From: Deltaproteobacteria bacterium RBG_16_54_11
GTDB taxonomy: Bacteria; Desulfobacterota; B13-G15; RBG-16-54-18
DNA: 40,571 nt
Direction: 5' to 3'
Assembly (NCBI GenBank): GCA_001797905.1
Contig: MGQS01000109.1
Location: 821-41,391 of the forward strand
Shown here: positions 16,179 through 24,897 of the stretch, in pieces
Numbering within the stretch: position 1 is the stretch's first letter
Layout: every line of letters starts with the position of its first letter
Notes under the pieces: generated by a model
Told to the model about the DNA's origin: nothing
The model's database searches: none
Seen by the model: the letters and a program-made list of their open reading frames with translations, nothing else
Made by a program: the position numbers and the translations under genes

Positions 16179-16814
16179 TTGAAACTACGCGATATTATAA
16201 TCAGCATGATCGGAGAGAAGTCGTATATTCAAATTAAACATATTTTAAAAAGACTCCTTTGTCTTGCGCGGGGGGTCAAGCAAAGCGGCATCAATGTCTA
16301 TATATCACCCCGCGCCGTCATCAAGAGAGGTCGAAAAATCAATTTGGGAGCAAATGTTGTCCTGGAGCGGGGTGCGACGCTCTGGGTTGATACAAATCAA
16401 TCGTACATTTCTATTGGTGATGATTCTTATCTTTCCTCTCAATGTATTTTGAATACCTTTGATGGTTGGATCTCACTAGGGAGCAACTGCACAGTCAACA
16501 GTTATGCAATTCTGTATGGTCATGGGGGCCTTGAGATAGGCAACGATGTGAGGATAGCGCCCCAGGTGATGATAATGCCTATGAACCATATATCTAAAGA
16601 TCCTCATGTACCGATACGGAAGCAGGGTATAAGGGCTCAAGGTATAAAGATAGAGGATGATGTCTGGCTGGGTGCCGGGGCCATCGTTTTGGATGGAGTG
16701 ACCATCGGAAAGGGTTCTGTGATCGGCGCCGGCGCCGTCGTTACAAAGAATATTCCTCCCTACTCTGTGGCAGTCGGTGTTCCTGCCAGGGTGATAAAGA
16801 AAAGAGGTAAATAA
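16179..16814 (+). CDS. Hexapeptide-repeat (LbH) O-acetyltransferase
   Basis: The sequence reads DDVWLGAGAIVLDGVTIGKGSVIGAGAVVTKNIPPYSVAVGVPARVIKKR. The start is TTG 16179 or ATG 16206. Confidence 0.85.
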   Translation: MKLRDIIISMIGEKSYIQIKHILKRLLCLARGVKQSGINVYISPRAVIKRGRKINLGANVVLERGATLWVDTNQSYISIGDDSYLSSQCILNTFDGWISLGSNCTVNSYAILYGHGGLEIGNDVRIAPQVMIMPMNHISKDPHVPIRKQGIRAQGIKIEDDVWLGAGAIVLDGVTIGKGSVIGAGAVVTKNIPPYSVAVGVPARVIKKRGK

Positions 16815-16934
16815 AAAAATATAGAATACTTTAATTTCTGGGACGATCATTTTACGTTTTTCTTGATAACGCATGCTGGCCTTGAGCTTTTCTGTCTCGT
16901 TATGAATTCTATTTAATAAGGGGATATATGTTCG

Positions 16935-18059
16935 ATGTTAGATAAGAGAAAATACAATATCCTCTACACGACCTCTTTTGCTCATATGATGGGGGGAGGG
17001 CAGCGGAGTCTCTATTATCTGATAAAACATCTGAACAAAGAGATCTATCACCCGATTGTTCTGTGTCCCGGTGCAGGCGAGCTTGCAGATAAGATGAGGG
17101 AGGCTGGCTCGGAAGTGGTTTTTCTGGATGTAGGCAGGATCAGATACTTAAACCCATTGGTAGTCAAAAAGTTCGTCTCTCTCGTAAAAGAAAGACAGGT
17201 AGCCCTTATCCACACCGATTCCACTACCGAGACCTTCTATGCCGGCATCGCCGCGAGGATGATGCGGATACCCCTTGTATGGCATATCCGGGTAAGCGAG
17301 CGTGAATGGTTTCTTGATAGGGTTCTCTCACTACTTTCAACGAGGTTGATCCTCGTTGCAAAAGCTATCGGCCGAAGATTTGCATGGCTGAGGGATCATC
17401 AAAAGATGGTCGTCATTTACAATGGTATTGATCTTGAGGAATTTGATCATTTCCCAATTACCTCTTCAATCAGAGAAGAATTTAACATCAGTAAAGAGAC
17501 AGTGTTCCTTGGATGCATAGGACGGATTGAGGAGCGCAAGGGTCAGGAGTATCTTATTTCTGCCATGAGGAATATAAAGAGTGCCAAACTTATCTTGGTG
17601 GGGCGAGGAGATGATGGATACACAGGGAGAATGCAAAGTCTCTGCAATGAGCTTGGCATCTCCGATCGTGTTTTTTTTGCTGGCGCGAGAGATGATATTC
17701 CATCAGTCCTCAAGGAGATTGACATACTTGTCTTCCCGTCGATTGGCGGTGAAGGCTTCCCAAGGGTCCTCCTTGAGGCCATGGCAGCTCGAAGGCCTGT
17801 TATTGCAACGGACGATGCCGGCAATCCCGAGGCTGTTGAGGATGCCCTCACGGGCTACATTGTCCCGACTGCGAATAGTGCAGCTCTAACGGAGAAGATA
17901 AAGGAAATGGTTGCGGACAAGAAAAAGAGGAGGGCAATGGGACAGGCCGGCAGAAAAAGGCTTGAGGAGCTCTTTACGATTCAACAACATGTTAAGAGAA
18001 TTGATGCTCTCTATCAGGGGATCCTTTCGAAAGAGCATAAGCCGGGTAAATTAAGCTAA
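16935..18059 (+). CDS. GT4 (GT-B fold) glycosyltransferase
   Basis: 374 aa with GRIEERKGQEYLI and VFPSIGGEGFPRVLLEAMAARRPVIATDDAGNPEAVED (EX7E region). Confidence 0.9.
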   Translation: MLDKRKYNILYTTSFAHMMGGGQRSLYYLIKHLNKEIYHPIVLCPGAGELADKMREAGSEVVFLDVGRIRYLNPLVVKKFVSLVKERQVALIHTDSTTETFYAGIAARMMRIPLVWHIRVSEREWFLDRVLSLLSTRLILVAKAIGRRFAWLRDHQKMVVIYNGIDLEEFDHFPITSSIREEFNISKETVFLGCIGRIEERKGQEYLISAMRNIKSAKLILVGRGDDGYTGRMQSLCNELGISDRVFFAGARDDIPSVLKEIDILVFPSIGGEGFPRVLLEAMAARRPVIATDDAGNPEAVEDALTGYIVPTANSAALTEKIKEMVADKKKRRAMGQAGRKRLEELFTIQQHVKRIDALYQGILSKEHKPGKLS

Positions 18060-18074
18060 AAATGAGCTACTAGT

Positions 18075-19136
18075 ATGGTGAATAAATTACCCACTGTCGT
18101 CCAGTATGTATGTCTTCGTTGTAAGGGAGTGTTAAGAAAACAAAGGAATAGATTAGTTTGCGGCCAATGCGGCGCCTCCTGGGATGTTAAAGGCTCTGTA
18201 CCCTGTTTTGTAAAAGATGCCCCGTATTGGGGAGAGCTTCCACAGGAGGAGATGAGAACGCTTATAAACGATGCCAAGAAAGGCTACTGGAAGGACGCGC
18301 TAAAAACAATTCCCCAAGAAAAGAGAGAGGAGATCATTTCATGTTGTTCCGATGAGACCAGGGGATGGTGGCGATATCTCCTGCCGGGAAAAGACAAAGG
18401 GAAGGTTCTGGATATCGGGGCTGGTCTGGGAGCAATAACCTTTTCACTGGCGAACGCTGGCTATGAGGTTGTCGCTATAGATTCCGTTATAGAGCGCGCT
18501 ACCTTTCTCGCTATAAGAAGAGACCAAGATCGTATACGTAGTGTTCAGACGGCATGTGCCAGTGCTCTAGAGCTTCCCTTTCCTGAGCAATCATTTGATA
18601 TAGTAATAATGAATGGAGTATTGGAATGGCTGGGGCTTTCGGAAACTTCTATTTCTCCTGATAAGGTTCAGAAAAGAGCGCTCCAAAATATATTTAATGT
18701 ATTAAAACCCGATGGAATTCTCTATATAGCAATAGAAAATAGGATCTCTGCGATATATTTTTTAGGCTTCAAAGACCCACACAGCGGCCTGCGATTTGCT
18801 ACGTTAATGCCGAGAAAAATGGCTGATTGGTACTCTCGTTTGCGACGGAGAGGAGGGTACAAAACATATATCTATTCTAAGTTTGGTTATCAAAAGATGC
18901 TTCAAGAAGCAGGATTCAAAGAGATCACATTCTTTTTACCTCTTCCGAGTTACAGGAATTTTCAGGTAATTGTTCCGATGGGGAGAAGCAAAATAGCGAA
19001 ATATTGTTTCACGCATATTTGGAATATGAAGCGTTTACGGTTTTTAAAGATGATGGTGCATTTCCTGAAATTTCTACCGATAGGATTTTTTTTGGACTAT
19101 TTCGCTCCTGATTACAGTATTCTTGCTAAGAAGTAG
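18075..19136 (+). CDS. Class I SAM-dependent methyltransferase with N-terminal Trm112-like zinc ribbon
   Basis: 353 aa with CLRCKGVL...CGQCG at the N-terminus, then VLDIGAGLGAITFSLANAGYEVVAIDS and LKPDGILYIAIEN. Confidence 0.8.
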   Translation: MVNKLPTVVQYVCLRCKGVLRKQRNRLVCGQCGASWDVKGSVPCFVKDAPYWGELPQEEMRTLINDAKKGYWKDALKTIPQEKREEIISCCSDETRGWWRYLLPGKDKGKVLDIGAGLGAITFSLANAGYEVVAIDSVIERATFLAIRRDQDRIRSVQTACASALELPFPEQSFDIVIMNGVLEWLGLSETSISPDKVQKRALQNIFNVLKPDGILYIAIENRISAIYFLGFKDPHSGLRFATLMPRKMADWYSRLRRRGGYKTYIYSKFGYQKMLQEAGFKEITFFLPLPSYRNFQVIVPMGRSKIAKYCFTHIWNMKRLRFLKMMVHFLKFLPIGFFLDYFAPDYSILAKK

Positions 19137-19153
19137 GAATCAAAGGTTGTTAT

Positions 19154-19996
19154 ATGATTAGATTACTGGAGAGCCATATTCGTGACCATTGGGATGATTT
19201 TAATCTTCCTTTCGTGCTCCCCACAAGATTTTTATTTCTCTTTGTAAAGGGTTTCAGGAAGACGATATTTTTCTTATTTAAGGATAATAATTCTCAACCA
19301 TTTGCGGTTTTAAAGATAAGCGATGATCCTGTAGTTTTTGAGAGGTTAGAGAGCGAATATGAGACCTTGTCTTACTTATTCGCCAAAAAAACGATGACGA
19401 GAAACATACCTGCACCACTCGCATTCTTTGAGATGAGAGGTCACAAATGTGTTTTTGAATCCGCCTTAGGGGGTACCCCTTTAGTTTATTCTATTAAAGG
19501 AATAAGAACCAGGAGGGGATTGATAAGAATGCGGGAGATCTTTACCTGTGTCGTTGATAGTTTAATAGCTTTACACAGCCCCAGCTCGCCACATGAGAAG
19601 GATAAGAAAAAACAGGTTGTTGTTGAGCATGGTGATTTCAACCCATCAAATCTTTACATTTCGAGAAGTGGCATAAAGATTTTTGATTGGGAGTACTCTA
19701 CACTTCATGGGGTGCCGATGAGGGACCTTTTAGACTTTTCGCTCAAGTATGTCCTTTTTGCGCGATATCTGGCGAAAGAGGTCAGACGGGAGCAGCCTGT
19801 TTTAAATGACTTTGAAGAGGCGTTTCTCGCAGGAACTACTCATAGTCAAATAATATGGGAGAATCTTAACAGGTATGGCGATAGAATGGACTTATCAAGA
19901 TCATCTAAGCGAGATATCTTTTCTATCTTCGTCAGAAAGTATCTTGATGAACATGATGCGCGGGCTTGTCGTGAAATGTTAGATATTTTACTGTAG
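19154..19996 (+). CDS. APH/choline-kinase-fold phosphotransferase
   Basis: 280 aa. It carries the Brenner motif VVEHGDFNPSNLYI followed by IFDWEYS. Confidence 0.7.
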   Translation: MIRLLESHIRDHWDDFNLPFVLPTRFLFLFVKGFRKTIFFLFKDNNSQPFAVLKISDDPVVFERLESEYETLSYLFAKKTMTRNIPAPLAFFEMRGHKCVFESALGGTPLVYSIKGIRTRRGLIRMREIFTCVVDSLIALHSPSSPHEKDKKKQVVVEHGDFNPSNLYISRSGIKIFDWEYSTLHGVPMRDLLDFSLKYVLFARYLAKEVRREQPVLNDFEEAFLAGTTHSQIIWENLNRYGDRMDLSRSSKRDIFSIFVRKYLDEHDARACREMLDILL

Positions 19997-20037
19997 TCTT
20001 TATCTTTATATAGGCAATAGGAAATAGCAGGAAGACC

Positions 20038-21180
20038 ATGATGGGTCTAAAATCACTCTTGAAAGATACCTACTTGAGGTCACGAAGAGCTTTATTATGG
20101 CTCTTTGTTTTCTTGAGAAAGACCATAGTCCCCTCTAAAAGTGAGATCAAGAGGCTTTTATTCCTCAGACATGACCGTATCGGTGATATGGTCCTATCGA
20201 CCGCTGCCTTGAAGGCATTGAGGAGGGGCTATCCTCATGCGAAGATCACGGTCCTGGCCTCAGAGCGAAACTTCGATATCTTGAAACATAATCCCAATGT
20301 CGATGAAGTCCTTATCTACAAAGGGATCCCCTGGTTCCTCAGAGAGATACGTCCTCGAGGGTATGATCTGGTGATAGATCCCTTTGTGGCCTACGAGTTA
20401 AAACAGGCTTTGATGACATATCTGTCAGGAGGGAAATACCGAATAGGTTTTGAAGAGGCAGGCAGGGAGGTCTTCTTTAATGTCGGAGGTCCCGCGACTT
20501 CTCCGCCAAAGCGGATGGTCGATCATCTGCTAGACCTGGCGGTGCTGGCAGGGGGAAAGAGAGAGGGTTGCGAGCCGGAGGTCTTTTTGAGCGATACGGA
20601 GATACAATGGGCTAATGATGCCCTTGTTGAAAAAGAGATCCGCGCTCATGATTTAATTATTGCCATTCATCCTGGGGCGCACTATCCAAGTCAGCGGTGG
20701 CCCGCTGAGAGGTTCGGCGAGCTGTCAAGAACGATTCTTGAGCGAGGCGAGGCACAGGTCATCCTCCTGGGCAGCCAAGCTGAAGAGGTCCTTTTGCATG
20801 ACGTCAAAAAGATTGCAGGGGATGGGATCCAGGTCTTTTCCGGCCTCAAACTCAGGGATCTTATGGCCTTAATAAACAGATGTGACCTTCTGGTGTGCAA
20901 CAATTCAGGCCCCCTGCACATCGCATCGGCACTCAAGGTCCCCACTGTTTCTATGGTAGGGCCGACAGTTACCCCTTTATGGCTTCCCTATGGGGAAAAC
21001 AATGTGGTGCTCAACAAGAGGCTTTCCTGCAGTCCGTGTAACAGGGCGCATTGTAAAGACCATGAGTGTATGGAATCGATAACCGTGGATGAGGTATTCG
21101 AGGCGGTGAGATCACAGATCGCTCACATCAGACCGAAAAGAAAGATAAAAGGACGGTCAATAGTAAAAAGACAGAATTGA
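20038..21180 (+). CDS. GT9 (heptosyltransferase-family) glycosyltransferase
   Basis: 380 aa with LRHDRIGDMVLSTAALKALR, RWPAERF, NNSGPLHIASALKVPTVSMVGPT and CSPCNRAHC. Confidence 0.85.
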   Translation: MMGLKSLLKDTYLRSRRALLWLFVFLRKTIVPSKSEIKRLLFLRHDRIGDMVLSTAALKALRRGYPHAKITVLASERNFDILKHNPNVDEVLIYKGIPWFLREIRPRGYDLVIDPFVAYELKQALMTYLSGGKYRIGFEEAGREVFFNVGGPATSPPKRMVDHLLDLAVLAGGKREGCEPEVFLSDTEIQWANDALVEKEIRAHDLIIAIHPGAHYPSQRWPAERFGELSRTILERGEAQVILLGSQAEEVLLHDVKKIAGDGIQVFSGLKLRDLMALINRCDLLVCNNSGPLHIASALKVPTVSMVGPTVTPLWLPYGENNVVLNKRLSCSPCNRAHCKDHECMESITVDEVFEAVRSQIAHIRPKRKIKGRSIVKRQN

Positions 21181-21194
21181 GGTTCCATGCTCGC

Positions 21195-22244
21195 ATGAAA
21201 AAACCGAAAAAAATCATCGTTGTTGATTTTGGAGGCGTCGGTGACCTGGTGCTTTCCATCCCTTTTTTGAGAGGGCTTAAAACAGCCTTTCCGTCAACTG
21301 AGGTATCTGTACTGTGTGCTGACAGGGCGGGGATGATTTTAAAGGAACAATCGTATATTAACAGGCTCTTCTTATCTCCCATAACCCTTCTTGGTCTCTT
21401 CAAGACAGGGCTCCAATTGAGAAAGAAAAGATTCGATATGGCCATCAATCTGATGCCTGAGACATCCTATTTCTCCGCTATCAAGATGTATCTCCTTTTC
21501 CTTTTGATCAATGCCAGGCAGTGGGTGGGAAGGAACACCGAAGGGAGGGGCTTTTTTTACGATATCAAGGTGCCGGAACAGAAAATGCAGATCGAGAATG
21601 AAGTCCTGCTGTACGGCAGGATTCTCAAGACCATATCAAATGAAGATTTTGAGAAGAGATTGGAGTTGCCTTGCTCAGAGGCGAATAAGAAAAGGGCAGG
21701 GGCTCTCTTATCGCGTGAGAGGAAATTGAGAAAATATCCTTTTGTTTTAGTCAACCCGGGCGCTGATTGGCCTGCAAAACGATGGCCTATTGAACGATAT
21801 GCCGAGTTGGTGAAGCGGTTGAAAGAGTCGTTTCCACATTGCGAATTTGGGATCATCGGGACGCAGGCTGAAGGGGAGTTGGCCCATTTCCTCAAAGAGG
21901 CAGTTGGTGATAGGGTTTTTATACTTTCCGGGAAGACCCCGCTGGAGATCCTTCCTGCTGTCATGGAGAAGGCCTGCCTGGCGATAACCAACGACAGCGG
22001 CCCTGCCCACATTGCCCGGGCAGTTGGCACGCCGGTCGTAATCCTTGCGGGACCAAGCGCCCCTGCTTTTTTTACTATTCAAGGCAGGAAGGAAAGCCAC
22101 GTTATATACCATCCCGTATCCTGTGCCCCCTGTCTGAAGGTGTCATGTGATACGATGTCTTGCTGGCAGGCGATATCAGTGCAAGAGGTTGTAGAGGTTG
22201 TATCCAAGATGCTGGAAAGAAAAATCAATGAGATTAATAACTAA
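21195..22244 (+). CDS. GT9 (heptosyltransferase-family) glycosyltransferase, paralog
   Basis: It has VDFGGVGDLVLSIPFLRGLK, RWPIERY, NDSGPAHIARAVGTPVVILAGPS and CAPCLKVSC. I favour the ATG at 21195 (MKKPKKIIVV); the tracked TTG is at 21177. Confidence 0.85.
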   Translation: MKKPKKIIVVDFGGVGDLVLSIPFLRGLKTAFPSTEVSVLCADRAGMILKEQSYINRLFLSPITLLGLFKTGLQLRKKRFDMAINLMPETSYFSAIKMYLLFLLINARQWVGRNTEGRGFFYDIKVPEQKMQIENEVLLYGRILKTISNEDFEKRLELPCSEANKKRAGALLSRERKLRKYPFVLVNPGADWPAKRWPIERYAELVKRLKESFPHCEFGIIGTQAEGELAHFLKEAVGDRVFILSGKTPLEILPAVMEKACLAITNDSGPAHIARAVGTPVVILAGPSAPAFFTIQGRKESHVIYHPVSCAPCLKVSCDTMSCWQAISVQEVVEVVSKMLERKINEINN

Positions 22245-22902
22245 TATTGTCAACAAGTTACGCAATTTAATAGAGAAAAAAGATGAAGTAGAGGAGCCTT
22301 CCGGTGGTTTCTTATCCTACCGGATAAGACAAAAGGCTCTCTCTCTCATGAAGAACGACGGAAAATTGCTCGACATAGGTGCCGGTGAAGGGCTTCTTCT
22401 CAAGGCCTTTGGGTCAGCGGCGACAAAGTGGATTTATTGCATAGACCTGGAGAAGGGGCGGCTGGAGCAGGCTGCGAAACGATGTTCTGACACGAAGAGG
22501 AGCCTCTTTATCGTCGGCGACGGCAGGCATCTCCCCTTCAAGAATGATATTTTCGATGAGGTGACATTGCTGAACCTCTTTATGAATATCCCCGATAGAA
22601 GGGTCGTCGCTTCTTTGCTGAAAGATGCCTTGAGGGTCTGCAAGAATCAAGGGAAAATTATCTTTGATTATAGAAATATCTTGAATCCCTGGATTGTTAC
22701 CTTATACAAGACCGTTAGATTCCATGACCCTGACATTAAACTTCCTCTGCGTGCGTTTACCAGAAGTGAGATGAAAGGTGTGTTACGCTCAGTAGGTATT
22801 CGAAAAGGCGTAGTCCATCATCCGATCCCCTCATGGTGGAGGGTTAATCCCCCTGTCTATCTCGTTGAGGTAAAAAAGGGGATAGAGGGCAAACAGTTAT
22901 GA
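22228..22902 (+). CDS. Class I SAM-dependent methyltransferase
   Basis: It has LLDIGAGEGLLL and FDEVTLLNLFMNIPD. I favour the ATG at 22228 (MRLITNIV); the tracked start 22198 lies deeper inside the previous gene. Confidence 0.8.
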   Translation: MRLITNIVNKLRNLIEKKDEVEEPSGGFLSYRIRQKALSLMKNDGKLLDIGAGEGLLLKAFGSAATKWIYCIDLEKGRLEQAAKRCSDTKRSLFIVGDGRHLPFKNDIFDEVTLLNLFMNIPDRRVVASLLKDALRVCKNQGKIIFDYRNILNPWIVTLYKTVRFHDPDIKLPLRAFTRSEMKGVLRSVGIRKGVVHHPIPSWWRVNPPVYLVEVKKGIEGKQL

Positions 22903-24077
22903 CGATCGCTTCTATCGGGACCCCTGTCGGATTCAAGGATATGCTGCATGGGCTTCTCGCAAAGGGGGCAGTGGAAGGATTTGCGGGGACTATAGCGAAC
23001 CAAACTCAGAGGAAGCATTGTCTCTTGACGAATTCAGGCACGACAGCCTATTTTCTCATCCTGAAGGCGTTGCAAAGGCTTTCAGGGAAAAGAGAGGTTG
23101 TACTCCCCGCCTATACCGCCCCATCCCTCATACTCCCCATCAAAAAGGCGGGGCTTATCCCGCGGCTCTGCGATATCGATCTCAAGAGTTTCAATATGGA
23201 CCTCAAAGCCTTGCCTTCGGTGCTGAGTGATGACACCTTGGCAATCACGATCGTTCATATGTTTGGACTTCCCCAGTGGGTTGGGTCCTCCCCACAGAGG
23301 GAAAGGCTTTATAAAGATGTCTTCCTTATCGAAGACTTCGCTTCAGCCCAAGGTTCGGCGTTATACGGCAAAACAACCGGCTCCTTTGGCGATGTGAGTT
23401 TTACAAGCTTCAACAGGGGGAAAAACTTTGCTACCCTGTCCGGCGGAGCTATAGCGACGGACCGTGAGGATATCTATGGGCTTATAAGGAAAGAAGGGAG
23501 GCGATACCTGCAGGAGCCGGCCTTGATGGCGCGGATCGGCATCGCCTTCAAGGCCATCGCCCTCTCCCTGGCGGTGAGACCGTGGTTCTATACGACATTC
23601 CGGAGCCTTATTGCCCCATTCAAGTATCAAGGGCTCCATCATGCATTTGCCATCCATGCCTATACCAGTTTTCAGGCAGGCATGGGTGCTTCGGCCTTTA
23701 CAGGGGCACGATTCATCTTCGAACGGAGGTTCCAGAACGGTCTCTACCTTCACCGGGCGCTCGCCGGGATTGCCGGGATAACCATACCGGCCATACCCGA
23801 AGGGTCTATCCCCGCCTTTAACCAGTTTCCCCTTCTGATAGACGATCCCCATAAGAAGGATCGCGTCTTAAATGCCCTGGTGAAGAGCGGGATTGAGGCC
23901 ACAACCCTTTATCCTGAGCCCATCCATAGGGTATATGATCTCGGCTATGACCGGCGAAATGATCCCTTTCCCAAGGCAACGTATCTCTCCAGGAGGCTCA
24001 TCCTCATCCCGACCCACCCCTATGTTGCCGAAAGACATCTCAAGAGGGCGGTGGATACCGTCCTGATGTCTTTGTAA
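22899..24077 (+). CDS. DegT/DnrJ/EryC1-family aminotransferase-like protein (divergent)
   Basis: 392 aa with LLTNSGTTAYFLILKAL, VVLPAYTAPSL and SFTSFNRGKNFATLSGGAIAT (Lys region). It overlaps the upstream gene by ATGA. Confidence 0.75.
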   Translation: MTIASIGTPVGFKDMLHGLLAKGAVEGFAGTIANQTQRKHCLLTNSGTTAYFLILKALQRLSGKREVVLPAYTAPSLILPIKKAGLIPRLCDIDLKSFNMDLKALPSVLSDDTLAITIVHMFGLPQWVGSSPQRERLYKDVFLIEDFASAQGSALYGKTTGSFGDVSFTSFNRGKNFATLSGGAIATDREDIYGLIRKEGRRYLQEPALMARIGIAFKAIALSLAVRPWFYTTFRSLIAPFKYQGLHHAFAIHAYTSFQAGMGASAFTGARFIFERRFQNGLYLHRALAGIAGITIPAIPEGSIPAFNQFPLLIDDPHKKDRVLNALVKSGIEATTLYPEPIHRVYDLGYDRRNDPFPKATYLSRRLILIPTHPYVAERHLKRAVDTVLMSL

Positions 24078-24149
24078 AATATTATCCGCGCGATATAGCG
24101 GGGCACAAGTTACCGCATGATAGCCTCAGAATAATAACAGGATTAATCG

Positions 24150-24872
24150 ATGCACGGGAAAAAGGAAATAGTCAGATCTGCGCTGTTAAAGGTTTTCGGC
24201 CCCACCGAGGCAGAGGTAAAGGAGATCCTACAGGGCATCGGAGTGGGTATCGAAATCGCCTATCTCCTTTCCTTCCCTGAGATACACCTCAAGGTGGTTG
24301 TGCGAGGGGCAAACAAAGAGGAGGTTGAGGAGAGGCACAAACGCAGTGAGGCTGAAATTGCTAAGCGCCTGGGGATCTATCTATTCGGCCGAGGGGATGA
24401 GGTTATGGAGGGTGTCGTCGGGAGGCTCTTGAGAGAAAAAAAGGCGACCATTGCCGTGGCGGAGTCGTGCACCGGAGGGCTCATCGCCCACCGCATCACC
24501 GAGATACCGGGGAGCTCCGCTTACTTCCTCCACGGGGTGGTGGCCTATAGCAACCAGGCAAAGGAAGCGCTTCTCGGGGTTCCGCTCGCGATCTTAGAGC
24601 GCTATGGGCCGGTGAGCAAAGAGGTTGCCGAACGAATGGCAACAGGGGTGAGGGAAAGCAGCAAGGCCACGATAGGGCTGGCCACCACCGGCATTGCCGG
24701 ACCGGCAGGCGGGACCCCTGCGACCCCTGTGGGCAGGGTCTTTGTCGCCCTGGCGACGGAGGCACTACGCGAGGTTAAACAATACGATTTATGCGACGAT
24801 CGGCATAGGATAAAGCTTATGGCGTCAGAGCTCGCCCTGGATAGGGTGAGAAGGTATCTTTTAGGCATTTGA
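24150..24872 (+). CDS. cinA: CinA-family protein: KH-like linker plus PncC (nicotinamide-nucleotide amidohydrolase) domain, lacking the N-terminal MoCF domain
   Basis: 240 aa with LLKVFGPTEAEVKEIL...FPEIHLKV, then IAVAESCTGGLIAHRITEIPGSSAYF...TTGIAGPAGGT. Confidence 0.85.
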   Translation: MHGKKEIVRSALLKVFGPTEAEVKEILQGIGVGIEIAYLLSFPEIHLKVVVRGANKEEVEERHKRSEAEIAKRLGIYLFGRGDEVMEGVVGRLLREKKATIAVAESCTGGLIAHRITEIPGSSAYFLHGVVAYSNQAKEALLGVPLAILERYGPVSKEVAERMATGVRESSKATIGLATTGIAGPAGGTPATPVGRVFVALATEALREVKQYDLCDDRHRIKLMASELALDRVRRYLLGI

Positions 24873-24897
24873 CCTTGAAGGCCTCTGCCTCTTAAAC

